Positions 1 through 12,465 are shown, numbered from the stretch's first letter. The stretch is DNA of 64,000 nucleotides from Candidatus Marinacidobacterales bacterium (GCA_965226495.1 OZ245365.1:4640001-4704000); one strand, 5' to 3'. Numbers and translations are program-made. Notes: generated by a model from the sequence alone, not told the origin.

Positions 1-50
1 GCCTTGCTCGCAATTAGAGATCGGTATGGTCTGCGGATCAGCCTGGAGCG

Positions 51-1451
51 TTAAGGCTGGCCTGATACGGTTGCCGGCGAGTCGAGGAGCCCCGGCTCAG
101 CGATGACCCTCTCGATGTCCTCTGCCTCCATCGGCAGAATCTTCGACAGCAGCTCGTATCCATCCGGCGTAACGAGGATCATATCCTCGAGGGTGACGCG
201 GAAGTTGTTGAGGTCCGGAAGCCGCATCACGGGCTCGATGACGAACACCTGTCCCGGCACTAGGGGCTTCGAGCGATCGCCCGCTCCGCCAACGAAGTAG
301 TCGACGTAGTGACCCAGCGGTCTTCCCGTCCCGTGACGGGCAACATAGTCCTCTGCTCCTCGACGTAAGTAGTCCTCTTTGAGATCTGGCAGCTGTTTTT
401 TCATAGCTTCGACCGAAGCCATCGCGATGTCCTTCTGCGTGACGCCGGGCTTGATGGCGGCCAGAGCGGCACGGTAAGCAACCAGATAGATATCGTAGAG
501 GGCGCGTTGCTGCGCGGTGAATTTCCCTGAGACAGGCGCGGTGCGGGCGATATCCGTTTTGTAGTAGTTGTATTCGCAAGACACATCCACCAGCATGACT
601 TCACCGGTTTCCATAACCCGGTCTAGCTTGTTGTAGTAGTTGAATATCTCTATGAAGCTCTTCATGAAGTTGGGTCCCGATTGAAGATCTTCCGAGTAAG
701 CGAGTCGCTGCGCGCCTTCCTTGCGAAAGACGAGGCGGGACACCCCGGCGAGTTGACTCTCTCGGATGCCCGGCCGAACCGAGCGGAGGGTCTCCAGCAA
801 CCCCAGGCTCGAAATCTCCACCGCACGACGAATCGATTCGATCTCATCAGCATCCTTCACGGCGCGAAGCTCAGTGATCACGGGGTCGAGGTTTTGGAAC
901 TCCATCCACCCGAAGCGGCGAGAAAGACTGGTTCGCAGATCTTGCTGGCGATCGGTCGGTTCATCCAGCCCTTCGGGGAAAATTTTCTTTGATCCAAACG
1001 GGATCTCCCCGGGTTGACGCCCTAGCAAGAGATAGATCACGGGACGACGCTCGGCCAAAGCGTCCAAGTCCCCGAACAACGAAGTCATCGGAGCAATGCG
1101 AGCGACGCCAGCCGCCGCAGGCACCGAGTCCTTCTCCTTGGCCTCGTCTCGGAGATAGAGCGTGGTTTTCCGCTCCTTGGCGTCGAGCAAGAGAATGGCA
1201 CTCTTCACCTCGAGACCCGTGAGGTAGTAAAAGTGGACTTCCTGCTTGAACTCCTGCGGTGTATAGGTGGGGTCGTAGCGATGAGCCTGCCAACTGGTAC
1301 TGTAATCGGGCTCAGCCAACAAAAGGGCGACGCCGCCATCGAGCTTGTCGTAGAGAGCAGCGCGGCGTCTGGTGGGTTGGGCGTCGGCCAGAGCGGTGAA
1401 TGTCAGAATGACAAGGACTACGATGAAAGCAACGTGCTTTGTAGTCGGCAT
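51..1451 (-). CDS. Xaa-Pro aminopeptidase (peptidase M24) with signal peptide
   Basis: FYYLTG N-domain motif, LRAVKDADEIE, metal ligands D(VDVSC), D(TDIART), H(GHY), E(IEP), E(LED). Start moved to ATG 1451 (MPTTKHVAFIVVLVIL, signal-like) because the longer ORF only reads through REP repeats and overlaps the nitrilase. Confidence 0.85.
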   Translation of the reverse strand: MPTTKHVAFIVVLVILTFTALADAQPTRRRAALYDKLDGGVALLLAEPDYSTSWQAHRYDPTYTPQEFKQEVHFYYLTGLEVKSAILLLDAKERKTTLYLRDEAKEKDSVPAAAGVARIAPMTSLFGDLDALAERRPVIYLLLGRQPGEIPFGSKKIFPEGLDEPTDRQQDLRTSLSRRFGWMEFQNLDPVITELRAVKDADEIESIRRAVEISSLGLLETLRSVRPGIRESQLAGVSRLVFRKEGAQRLAYSEDLQSGPNFMKSFIEIFNYYNKLDRVMETGEVMLVDVSCEYNYYKTDIARTAPVSGKFTAQQRALYDIYLVAYRAALAAIKPGVTQKDIAMASVEAMKKQLPDLKEDYLRRGAEDYVARHGTGRPLGHYVDYFVGGAGDRSKPLVPGQVFVIEPVMRLPDLNNFRVTLEDMILVTPDGYELLSKILPMEAEDIERVIAEPGLLDSPATVSGQP

Positions 1452-1462
1452 TTTAGTAACCA

Positions 1463-1557
1463 CCCTCACCCCGGCCCTCTCCCTGAGGGAGAGGGAGTAA
1501 AGGAAGGAAGCCATCCGTGGCACCCTCACCCCAGCCCTCTCCCCAGAGGGGAGAGGG
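1463..1557. repeat. Tandem pair of BoxC-like REP palindromes (CCCTCACCC..CCCTCTCCC-n3/4-GGGAGAGGG)
   Basis: Copies at 1463-1495 and 1523-1557 separated by a spacer containing AAGGAAGGAAGCCA; the same unit recurs at 13498, 30111, 30168 and 46078. Confidence 0.85.
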
Positions 1558-1563
1558 AGAATT

Positions 1564-2692
1564 CTAGCCGTCGACCTCGACTTCCATGGATTGGAGCTCA
1601 CGCAAAATCGTCTCCACCTTTTCGGCGGGCAGGCTATGTCGCTCCGCCACTTTCTCGATCTGCTCCATCTTGATGCGTCGAGGAGAAAAAGGCGCTGTCG
1701 GTTCGAAGTCTTTGTCCCGTATCTGAAGCGAGACCACATCCCACCGACTGTAATGTCCCATGCAATCGAAGACGTTCTTGGCCACGATACGATCGGCCAG
1801 ATCCAGCTCGGCGACCACCATCTCTTCGCGATGGAAAACCGGTTCCGCAGCATAGGCACCGAACGGGTTCACGATCGCGCTGCCACCCATAGCCCACTTC
1901 CAGCTCGCGGTCTTCTTATAGGGGAAGTCGTCAGGCACCGAGTCCTCCGGCAGGTAGAGGCTCGCACTGACCACGAAGGTCTGGGTCTCGAAGGCGTATT
2001 CCCGTATCGCGCAGTCCTGATCGGAAGAGTGGAGCGGTCCCTCGGAGCCCGTCATGTCACGCACCGAATTGCCCTCTCCGCCATAGCTCCACCAGCCCGG
2101 CCAAACCGCAGCGTGTATCTCCTCCCCCTTGATGGCCATCGCAGCCTTCAAGAGAGTCATGTGGTTCTCGAAACAAATGAGCCCACCTAGTCGACCAAAG
2201 CTGGTATCGAAAACTCGAAGGTCGGATGCGTCACCTCGCCCCCAAAAGAAGCGCTCTTGATGCGTGGGCATCAACTTGCGATGGCGGCCCAGAATCTCAC
2301 CATTGGAGCCGATGAAGAGGAGGGTGTTGTACAACGTCGCCGAGCCTTCACGATCGTCTTGTTCGTTGAGCCCGATGACCGCGACAACGCCGGCGCTCGC
2401 CGCCGCCCGACAGAGAATGTCGGTCTCTGGGCTAGGAATGCGGACCGACTGCTTCGTAGAACTCGACCACCGTGTCCTTCCAAAGAACAGCCGATTCCGG
2501 CGACGTATAGCCGAAGTTGTTTCGCCAGTACGGATAGGTCGGGATACCGGTCTCGGGCGTTACCAACAGCTTCACGCCCTGTCGTCCTGCCTCAACGATG
2601 GTCTCGGCGTACTTCTCGACCGACTCTCGCTTTTTCATGAAGACGGGCGAGATTTGTGCTGCTGCGACGCGTAGAGGTTTTTTGTTGGGCAT
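1564..2692 (-). pseudogene. Carbon-nitrogen hydrolase (nitrilase), frameshifted near 2453 (or sequencing error)
   Basis: N-part RVAAAQISPVF..PETGIPTYPYW (2432-2692) and C-part YNTLLFIG..HRKLMPT..ICFEN (1564-2334). Removing one base in TAC GAA GCAG TCG restores FYEQSVRIPSPETDIL and a complete E-K-C triad. Confidence 0.8.
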
Positions 2693-2702
2693 AAGAACGT
2701 GC

Positions 2703-5633
<2,931 letters not shown>

Positions 5634-5653
5634 CTAAACCCGCTCCGCCAATC

Positions 5654-6043
5654 TCAATCCGCCCCCTCCTTCTCTATGAGCTCCTGGTACTGCGAAGCAG
5701 TGAGCAATTTCCCGAGCTCCGCCGCGTCGTCAACTTTAACGATCATGAGCCAGGAGTTCCCGTGAGGATCTTTATTCACCATCTCTGGTGAGTCCACGGC
5801 ACTCTGGTTAACTTCCACGACTTCTCCTGCCACAGGGCTGAAGAGCTCCGAGACCGCTTTCACCGACTCGATGGTGCCGAAGACCTCGTTGGCGGTCAAC
5901 TTGGCACCGACGTCGGGAAGCTCCACGTAGACCACATCACCGAGTTGCTTCTGGGCATAGTCGGTGATACCGACGGTGCCACGGTCACCCTCCATCTTGA
6001 TCCACTCGTGCTCTTTCGAATATTGCCGATCGTCAGGGTACAT
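5654..6043 (-). CDS. gcvH: Glycine cleavage system H protein
   Basis: YSKEHEW, GITDYAQ, lipoyl-Lys motif IESVKAVSE. Confidence 0.98.
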   Translation of the reverse strand: MYPDDRQYSKEHEWIKMEGDRGTVGITDYAQKQLGDVVYVELPDVGAKLTANEVFGTIESVKAVSELFSPVAGEVVEVNQSAVDSPEMVNKDPHGNSWLMIVKVDDAAELGKLLTASQYQELIEKEGAD

Positions 6044-6091
6044 ATTTGTCTCTCCTAGCCCTCGTCATAAACATCCGCGCTTCAATCTATT

Positions 6092-7219
6092 CTAGTTTTC
6101 GCTTCCCGTGCCAGCGGACACCTTCTTCCGCCTGTAGAAAGGGGTAGGAACCACCCGCGCTCGGGCACGGCGGCCCCGGATCTCCACCTCGAGATCCGTT
6201 CCATCGGCCCATGCCGAAGCCGGGAGATAGCAGAGCCCGATGGACTTCTTTAGATAGGGAGCGAAACTACCACTGGTTACCGCCCCCACGGCATCACCGT
6301 CGACGAAAACGGGATGGCCGCTTCGCGCGATCCCTCGGTCCACCATCTCGAAACCGACGAGCTTGCGCAAGACACCTTCTTCTTTTTGCCTTGCGAGGAC
6401 CTCGCGGCCAAGGAAATCGCCTTTGTCGAACTTGATCATCCAACCCAAGTCCGCTTCGAGTACGGTGTGCTTTTCGTCGATGTCGTTTCCAAAGAGCGCC
6501 ATTTTTGCTTCGAGCCGCAGCGTGTCGCGTGCGCCCAGGCCAGCAGGCTTTAGCCCCGATGATTGCCCCGCCTCCATCACTTTTTGCCACAACGCCTCTG
6601 CGTGCTCGGCTGGCACCAAGAACTCGAACCCGTCCTCGCCCGTGTAGCCGGTGCGAAAGATGGTGACGTTATGTCCGGCCACTTCGCCCCTGACGAAGTG
6701 GTAATACTTCAGCTCATCGAGCTTTTCGGTAGTCAACATGGAGAGAATGTCCCGAGCACGCGGCCCCTGGAGGGCAACCAACGCGTAATCGTCACTCACG
6801 TTCTTCACTTCGCCTTCTCCGCGGCGATGGGATTCGATCCAATCGAAGTCCTTTTGGATATTCGAGGCATTGACGATGGCCAGGTAGCTCGAATCGCTCA
6901 TACGCGAGATGATCAGATCGTCGATGAAACATCCTTCGGGCGTCGTGAGGGCCGAGTAATGCGCTTTTCCCACCGTGAGGCGCGACACGTCGTTGGGTGT
7001 TAGGCGCTGCAGGAGCTCGAGAGCGCCCGATCCTTCAAAAAGGAGCTCACCCATGTGGCTCACATCGAACAACCCGGCGGCGTTGCGAACCGCGAGATGT
7101 TCAGCGACGACGGCGCCATAGTCCACCGGCATTTCCCAGCCGGCAAAATCCACCAGCCGTGCATTGAGTTTTCGATGTACGGAATAAAGTGGCGTTCTCT
7201 GAACCGGAGAGCTAGACAT
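6092..7219 (-). CDS. gcvT: Glycine cleavage aminomethyltransferase T
   Basis: RTPLY, FAGWEMP, GLFDVSHMG, RTGYTGEDGFE, GLGARDTLRLEA. Confidence 0.98.
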   Translation of the reverse strand: MSSSPVQRTPLYSVHRKLNARLVDFAGWEMPVDYGAVVAEHLAVRNAAGLFDVSHMGELLFEGSGALELLQRLTPNDVSRLTVGKAHYSALTTPEGCFIDDLIISRMSDSSYLAIVNASNIQKDFDWIESHRRGEGEVKNVSDDYALVALQGPRARDILSMLTTEKLDELKYYHFVRGEVAGHNVTIFRTGYTGEDGFEFLVPAEHAEALWQKVMEAGQSSGLKPAGLGARDTLRLEAKMALFGNDIDEKHTVLEADLGWMIKFDKGDFLGREVLARQKEEGVLRKLVGFEMVDRGIARSGHPVFVDGDAVGAVTSGSFAPYLKKSIGLCYLPASAWADGTDLEVEIRGRRARARVVPTPFYRRKKVSAGTGSEN

Positions 7220-7394
7220 TCATCCGTAGGGGCAGTAAAAAGAAATCGTCGGCCCGGTTGACCTCGCTGACGGACGGCTACGCTATCACAGGGCTCTTAA
7301 CAGTGTCAAGAAACCGCGCTTGCCGGCGGGGGCAGAGCTTCTTATAATAGAGGAGGTTAGGGCATCTCCCTATAGTCAGTACTTCGATGGCAAA

Positions 7395-8999
7395 ATGGTC
7401 AAAGCCAGCCAAGCATACGTCGTTCGCTGCTGGAACTGTCTGAACGACTTCGAGGCAATCGAGGCCGTTTGGTGCAATTGCGATCCCCGCAAACCAACCA
7501 AGCTGTGCCCGTTCTGCCTCCAGTGCTTCTGCCCCGCTGACGATAGCTACAAATCCAACTTCTGGGACCTGGCCCCCGACTCGCTCAACGAAGAGGTCGC
7601 GCTCCTCGAACGGAGCCAGGATCGCTTGGGTGAGATCCTCGTCCGTAACCAGAAGCTCACAACCCCTGAGCTGCTCCGAGCCCTGGTGGAGCAGAAGCGG
7701 ACCGGGGACCTGCTGGGCAAGATCCTGGTCCAGAAAGGGTGGGTGAGCCAAAGCGATATCGAAGAGGGGCTCCGCTACCAGGGCTACAAGCCGCTCGTCG
7801 ATAAGGACGGCGGAGAGGTTCATGCGACACCGATCGCGGACCAATCGATTCCCCAGGAAACGCTGGACTACCTTCTGACGCTTGGCGCAAAAAAGGGTGC
7901 TTCCGACATACATATCGAGCCCTCCGACAACGAGCTGGGGGTCAAGTTCAGAATCGATGGGTACTTCTATAAGCTGAAGCCCCTTCCGAGAGCCGCCCTG
8001 GAGCCGTTGTCGGCAAAGATCGGCTCGCTGTTTCGTCTCGATCCGACCCGCGAGGGTGTGCCCCAGAAGGGTCGGGCAGTGACGCAGCTCATGGAGCGCG
8101 AGTACGACCTTCTCGCTCAGACCCTTCCGACCCAAAAAGGGACCAGCACGACGATAAAGCTCGTCGATCGCCGTTTCTTCCTGAAGAACTTCACCGCACT
8201 GGGACTGACCCCGGCGAACCAACTCTTCTTGGTCCGGGCGATGGACGCTCCCTCCGGCCTGATACTCGTCTCTTCGCCTCCCTTCAACGGCGCCATGACG
8301 ACGTGTTACTCGCTCATGGACCACCTGGCCAAATCGGAGCGCAAGGTCGTGAGTCTCGAACCGTCCATTCAGTGGCAGGTTCCTTATGTGAACCAGATAG
8401 AAGTAAACGAAGAGCGAGGATTCGGTCTCCAGGAGGCGATGCGCTCCCTAACGACCGTGAAGCCGGACGTACTTTTCGCACTGGACTTGTCGGATCGGCC
8501 AACTGCCACACAGGTCTGCCAGCTCGCCACTTCGGTACTCGTGATCGCAACACTACCTGCTTTCAACGCGGTCGAGGCCCTCTGGCGACTCTACGAGTAC
8601 GGCGTACCGCCTTCTCTCATCTCCCGGTCGCTGGCTTTGGTCTTGAACCAACGACTGGTTCGACGCATTTGTAGGAACTGCCGCGAGGGAGGCAACCTGG
8701 CCGACCCGCGGAAGCTCGCTCCCCATGGCGTCAGCGAAGAGGAAGCCGCCGGGGTGAGGCTTTATCGCGGCAAAGGCTGTGCGGCCTGTAACCGCATCGG
8801 CTATCGACGTCGCAAGGGCATCTTCGAAGTCATGATTGTCGACGATGAGATGAGGCAACTCCTCGCCAAGCGCCCTGAGCTACCCGAGATCGAGGCAGCA
8901 GCAAAGCAATCCGGAATGGAGACTCTACGCGAACGGGCCCTCCACGATGTGTCCGACGGCATTACCTCCATCGACGAGTTCATCCGTTGGAGACTATGA
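7395..8999 (+). CDS. GspE/PilB-family protein with Cys-rich N-terminus, MshEN motif and degenerate ATPase motifs
   Basis: ASDIHIEP, FRIDG, NQRLVRRICRNC, GKGCAACNRIGYRRRKGIFE are PilB/GspE hallmarks; Walker A reads SSPPFNGAMTT. Start ATG 7395 preferred over TTG 7320. Confidence 0.85.
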   Translation: MVKASQAYVVRCWNCLNDFEAIEAVWCNCDPRKPTKLCPFCLQCFCPADDSYKSNFWDLAPDSLNEEVALLERSQDRLGEILVRNQKLTTPELLRALVEQKRTGDLLGKILVQKGWVSQSDIEEGLRYQGYKPLVDKDGGEVHATPIADQSIPQETLDYLLTLGAKKGASDIHIEPSDNELGVKFRIDGYFYKLKPLPRAALEPLSAKIGSLFRLDPTREGVPQKGRAVTQLMEREYDLLAQTLPTQKGTSTTIKLVDRRFFLKNFTALGLTPANQLFLVRAMDAPSGLILVSSPPFNGAMTTCYSLMDHLAKSERKVVSLEPSIQWQVPYVNQIEVNEERGFGLQEAMRSLTTVKPDVLFALDLSDRPTATQVCQLATSVLVIATLPAFNAVEALWRLYEYGVPPSLISRSLALVLNQRLVRRICRNCREGGNLADPRKLAPHGVSEEEAAGVRLYRGKGCAACNRIGYRRRKGIFEVMIVDDEMRQLLAKRPELPEIEAAAKQSGMETLRERALHDVSDGITSIDEFIRWRL

Positions 9000-9003
9000 A
9001 GCG

Positions 9004-9600
9004 GTGAAGATAGCTTTCATCGGCACGCACGGAGTCGGAAAAACCACCCTCTGCTACCACCTGGCGGGGATCCTCAAGAAGAAGCTTCCCAGCGTCGATA
9101 TCGTCAAGGAGGTCGCGCGCGGCTGTCCCTTACCGATCAATCGTGACACGAACTTGGCGGCTCAGTCTTGGATTCTTCACTCGCAGATTGCGATGGAGAT
9201 TGCGGCACAAGATCAACACCACACGGTGATCTGCGACCGAAGCGTTCTCGACAACTATGCCTACCTCGTGCACGCGGAGGGGGCGCATGCGGTGCTCGAT
9301 CAGCTCGTCACCTACTGGATGGAGACCTACGATTACCTCTTCAAAGTCCCGGTGGGTTTCGTACTGCAACAAGACGGTGTGCGCGACACCGACACGGAGT
9401 TTCAACTCGAGATCGACCGGCTGGTCGGCGACATACTCAACGAGCGGGGGCTACGCTATTACAACCTCTCAGGCAGTAACCGAGAAATATGGATCGCCTT
9501 TGTCGTCGGCGTCGTCGAACGAAGCGATTCTTCCCCCAAGTCCACCACCGCACTGCCCGCGCCGCGCCAGATGCCCCTGCCCATGAAAAATGACGGGTGA
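9004..9600 (+). CDS. P-loop NTPase, AAA_28/NadR-like nucleotide kinase family
   Basis: KIAFIGTHGVGKTTL Walker A, EVAR, ICDRSVLD, DGVR; GTG start 4 bp after the upstream stop. Confidence 0.8.
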   Translation: MKIAFIGTHGVGKTTLCYHLAGILKKKLPSVDIVKEVARGCPLPINRDTNLAAQSWILHSQIAMEIAAQDQHHTVICDRSVLDNYAYLVHAEGAHAVLDQLVTYWMETYDYLFKVPVGFVLQQDGVRDTDTEFQLEIDRLVGDILNERGLRYYNLSGSNREIWIAFVVGVVERSDSSPKSTTALPAPRQMPLPMKNDG

Positions 9601-9692
9601 GTCGGACCGATCCGACACCGGCGCCTGGCTTCATTGAAGGTGGCAACCCGACATTTTGGCGCCAAACACGAATTCGAGGCGCTCAGCCGCGC

Positions 9693-9707
9693 TTTACAAA
9701 ACTTTAC
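9693..9707 (+). promoter_or_regulatory. CpxR/OmpR-type direct repeat TTTAC-N5-TTTAC
   Basis: TTTACaaaacTTTAC is the reverse complement of GTAAA-N5-GTAAA; it lies ~90 bp upstream of a Spy/CpxP-like gene next to an OmpR-family regulator. Confidence 0.6.
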
Positions 9708-9798
9708 GTTGCCGACAAACTCCTGAAAACACGAGTGGCTAGTTTGGGGTGTGAGGATCGCAATGGAGCGAGACCTCACGAACAAAAGGAGCCACAAA

Positions 9799-10335
9799 AT
9801 GAATTCCGAGAATAATCATGAGGTTGAGCGCAAACACCGCTCGAAAGGATTCTGGGCTTTCGTCCTCATCGCCGGACTCGTCGTCGCGGTCCTGACAGGA
9901 GGGGCACTCGTTTCAACGCAGGCCTCCGGCTTTTTCGGCCATTCCGGGCATTCTGGGCATGGGCATCGGGGACACTTCAGCAAAAATCCGGAAATGGCGC
10001 GCGAGCACGCCGAGTTCGCCGCTTCTTGGGTGCTGGGTCGCATCGATGCTACCGACGACCAGAAAGAACAAGTGCAGGCGATCATCGGGAATGGAGTGGA
10101 GAACCTCGTCGGCCTGGCGCAACAGCATCGTGAGAACCACGAGGCCTGGCGGGTCGAGCTCTCCAAATCCACTATCGATCGTGTCGCGCTCGAAGAGCTT
10201 CGGAAAAGCGGGATCGAGCTTGCGGATACCGCCTCGACACGGCTGATAGAAGCCCTCGCCGATGCGGCCGAAGTCTTGACGCCAGAGCAACGGGCCGAGC
10301 TCATGGAAATGGCCGACCGCTTTCACGAGCGTTAG
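9799..10335 (+). CDS. Spy/CpxP-like periplasmic protein (LTxxQ), His-rich
   Basis: N-terminal TM/signal, GHSGHSGHGH linker, ATDDQK and VLTPEQR motifs; AAGGAG RBS before ATG 9799. Confidence 0.8.
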   Translation: MNSENNHEVERKHRSKGFWAFVLIAGLVVAVLTGGALVSTQASGFFGHSGHSGHGHRGHFSKNPEMAREHAEFAASWVLGRIDATDDQKEQVQAIIGNGVENLVGLAQQHRENHEAWRVELSKSTIDRVALEELRKSGIELADTASTRLIEALADAAEVLTPEQRAELMEMADRFHER

Positions 10336-10344
10336 GCCGAAACG

Positions 10345-10415
10345 GGGGTCAGATCCAGTTTTGTGCACATTTGGGCCATACTGACTGGCGAATGCACAAT
10401 ATTGGATCTGACCCC
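10345..10415. repeat. GGGGTCAGA-type REP hairpin element
   Basis: 13-bp perfect arms GGGGTCAGATCCA / TGGATCTGACCCC plus an inner TTGTGCA/TGCACAA stem. Confidence 0.75.
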
Positions 10416-10456
10416 TGTAACATTCCTTTACGGGGGTCTGAAGCCGGGAGTGTGCG

Positions 10457-11167
10457 GTGGTTGAACGCGTCTTGATGATCGAGGACGACGAGACCCTATC
10501 GGGGATGGTGGGCGAGTATCTCGGCGCGCGGGGGATCGAAGTCACCACCAGGCCGGAAGCGGAGTCGGGGCTAAAGCTTCTCAAGCAAAACGAATTTGAT
10601 GCGCTCATCCTCGACATCATGCTCCCCGACCTCGACGGGTTCGAAGTCTGTCGGAGGGTGAGATCGGATTCCGACATTCCTATCCTGATGCTCACCGCGA
10701 GAGGGGAGGATACCGATCGCATCGTCGGGCTGGAGCTGGGCGCCGATGACTACCTGCCCAAACCCTTCAACCCCCGAGAGCTGCTCGCCCGCCTGCGCGC
10801 CATTTTGCGCCGGCGAGGTGCGCCATCGAAAGGAGCACAACCGAGTCTCCGTTTCGGCCGGCTAGAGATCGATCGAAACGCTCGGCTGGTTCACGTGGAA
10901 GGTCAGGCCAGAACTATGACAAACCATCAGTTCGAGCTCTTGTGCATCCTCGCCGAGAATGCCGGGCGGGTGATGTCTCGCGAGAGCTTGATGAATCGCC
11001 TGAGAGGCCACGGTCTCGAGGCGTTCGATCGCAGCATCGATGTTCACATCTCTCGCATTCGCGCCGCCATCGAGGCGGACCCCAAGCATCCCCGCCGGGT
11101 GATCACGATCCGGGGAGCGGGATACGTCTTCGCCCAGAAGCAGGACGACGACTCGGGGGCCCGCTAA
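10457..11167 (+). CDS. OmpR-family response regulator
   Basis: IEDD, LDIMLP, GADDYLPKPF, DRSIDVHISRIR, TIRGAGY. Confidence 0.95.
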   Translation: MVERVLMIEDDETLSGMVGEYLGARGIEVTTRPEAESGLKLLKQNEFDALILDIMLPDLDGFEVCRRVRSDSDIPILMLTARGEDTDRIVGLELGADDYLPKPFNPRELLARLRAILRRRGAPSKGAQPSLRFGRLEIDRNARLVHVEGQARTMTNHQFELLCILAENAGRVMSRESLMNRLRGHGLEAFDRSIDVHISRIRAAIEADPKHPRRVITIRGAGYVFAQKQDDDSGAR

Positions 11168-11190
11168 GCCCGATAAGCCAGATAAGCCTG

Positions 11191-12465
11191 ATGCGTCGCC
11201 TCTATCTGCAAATCTACCTTGCCTTCGTCGGGATTCTGATCCTCTTCGGCGTCCTGATAATGCTCGCCTGGTTCCTCATCCCGCCACGGGGTCAAGACCT
11301 CATGTTGTTCGAGGGAGTGGCGGCCTTGGCGGGCGAGCTACTTCCAGCGTCCGATGAGCCCATTGAGAAGCTCCAAGGCACGATCGAGAGAATCGGGAGC
11401 AAGTTCCCCGCTGATATCGCAGTACACGACGCCGACGGGAAACTCCTCGCCTCACTCGGAGACCGGCTGCCGCCTCCGAACCCCAACCACAAGCGGAGCG
11501 GTTGGATCCATGGTCACCGAACGGGACCCGCAGCCGCTTTTCTTCTGCCGGACGGCCGGTGGATGGTGGTTCGCCATGCGGGTCGATCCCGCGGGCACGT
11601 CCTCTGGGTGCTTGCCTTGTTGGCTGGCGCTATCGCAGTGGGCGCCTATCCCATCACGCGACGCATCACGCGACGCGTGGAGCGACTGCAAACTCGCGTT
11701 GACGAGCTGGGGGCGGGAGATCTCTCGGCGCGCGTGGAGGTGGAGGGAAACGATGAAGTGGCAAGCCTCGCGCGAAGTTTCAACGTGGCCGCCGATCGGG
11801 TCGAGCGCCTCGTCAACACGCAGCGTCATACACTAATTAGTGCGTCTCACGAGCTTCGTTCACCGCTGGCGCGTATGCGAATCGCCGTAGAGCTATTGGG
11901 CGACGATCACCGCCCCGATGTCCGCGCTCGGATCACGAAAGATATCGCCGAACTGGATGGGTTCATCGAGGAACTGCTACTGGCAAGCCGCCTGGACGCC
12001 CTGGATCACCTCGAGCAAACGGAAGACGTCGATCTCTTGGCGCTTCTGGCCGAGGAGGGGGCCCGCGTGGAAGCAATGGTCACCGGTGAACCGGTTTGCA
12101 TCCTGGGGGACGCGCGTATGTTGCGGCGCCTCATTCGTAATCTCCTCGAGAACGCGTACCGCTATGCCGACGGTTCTCCTGTCGAAGCTTCGGTCGCCCC
12201 ATTGGAAAGGGGGGGCAGCGGCGCCCGTTTACGGGTAGAAGATCGAGGTCCCGGTGTTCCGGTCGAGGAACGAGAAAACATCTTCAAACCGTTCTATCGA
12301 CCACCCGGCATGCGAGAGACCGCCGACGGTGGCGTAGGGCTCGGGCTCGCACTGGTTCGGCAAATCGCCCATCGCCACGAAGGAGAAGCACGCTGCCTCC
12401 CACGAAAGGGCGGCGGCACGTGCTTCGAAGTGACCCTTCGGGCGACAGTCCCTCCCGCCCCTTAG
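11191..12465 (+). CDS. HAMP-domain sensor histidine kinase
   Basis: Two TM segments, HAMP, SHELRSPL H-box, NLLENA, DRGPG, GLGL; start ATG 11191 (MRRLYLQIYL). Confidence 0.93.
   Translation: MRRLYLQIYLAFVGILILFGVLIMLAWFLIPPRGQDLMLFEGVAALAGELLPASDEPIEKLQGTIERIGSKFPADIAVHDADGKLLASLGDRLPPPNPNHKRSGWIHGHRTGPAAAFLLPDGRWMVVRHAGRSRGHVLWVLALLAGAIAVGAYPITRRITRRVERLQTRVDELGAGDLSARVEVEGNDEVASLARSFNVAADRVERLVNTQRHTLISASHELRSPLARMRIAVELLGDDHRPDVRARITKDIAELDGFIEELLLASRLDALDHLEQTEDVDLLALLAEEGARVEAMVTGEPVCILGDARMLRRLIRNLLENAYRYADGSPVEASVAPLERGGSGARLRVEDRGPGVPVEERENIFKPFYRPPGMRETADGGVGLGLALVRQIAHRHEGEARCLPRKGGGTCFEVTLRATVPPAP

Noticed and set aside
1463-1557. Repeat-spacer-repeat resembling a mini CRISPR (also 30111-30220)
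   Set aside because: Only two units, spacers are conserved between loci, and no cas genes are present; this is a REP family.
1452-1859. 135-aa N-terminal extension of the M24 peptidase ORF
   Set aside because: It is read-through of REP repeats (LPLPSGERAGVR) and overlaps the nitrilase; a signal peptide begins at 1451.
7220-7320. Glycine riboswitch upstream of gcvT
   Set aside because: The region is short and no GGAGA/CCGAAG/CTCTCAGG aptamer motifs are visible.
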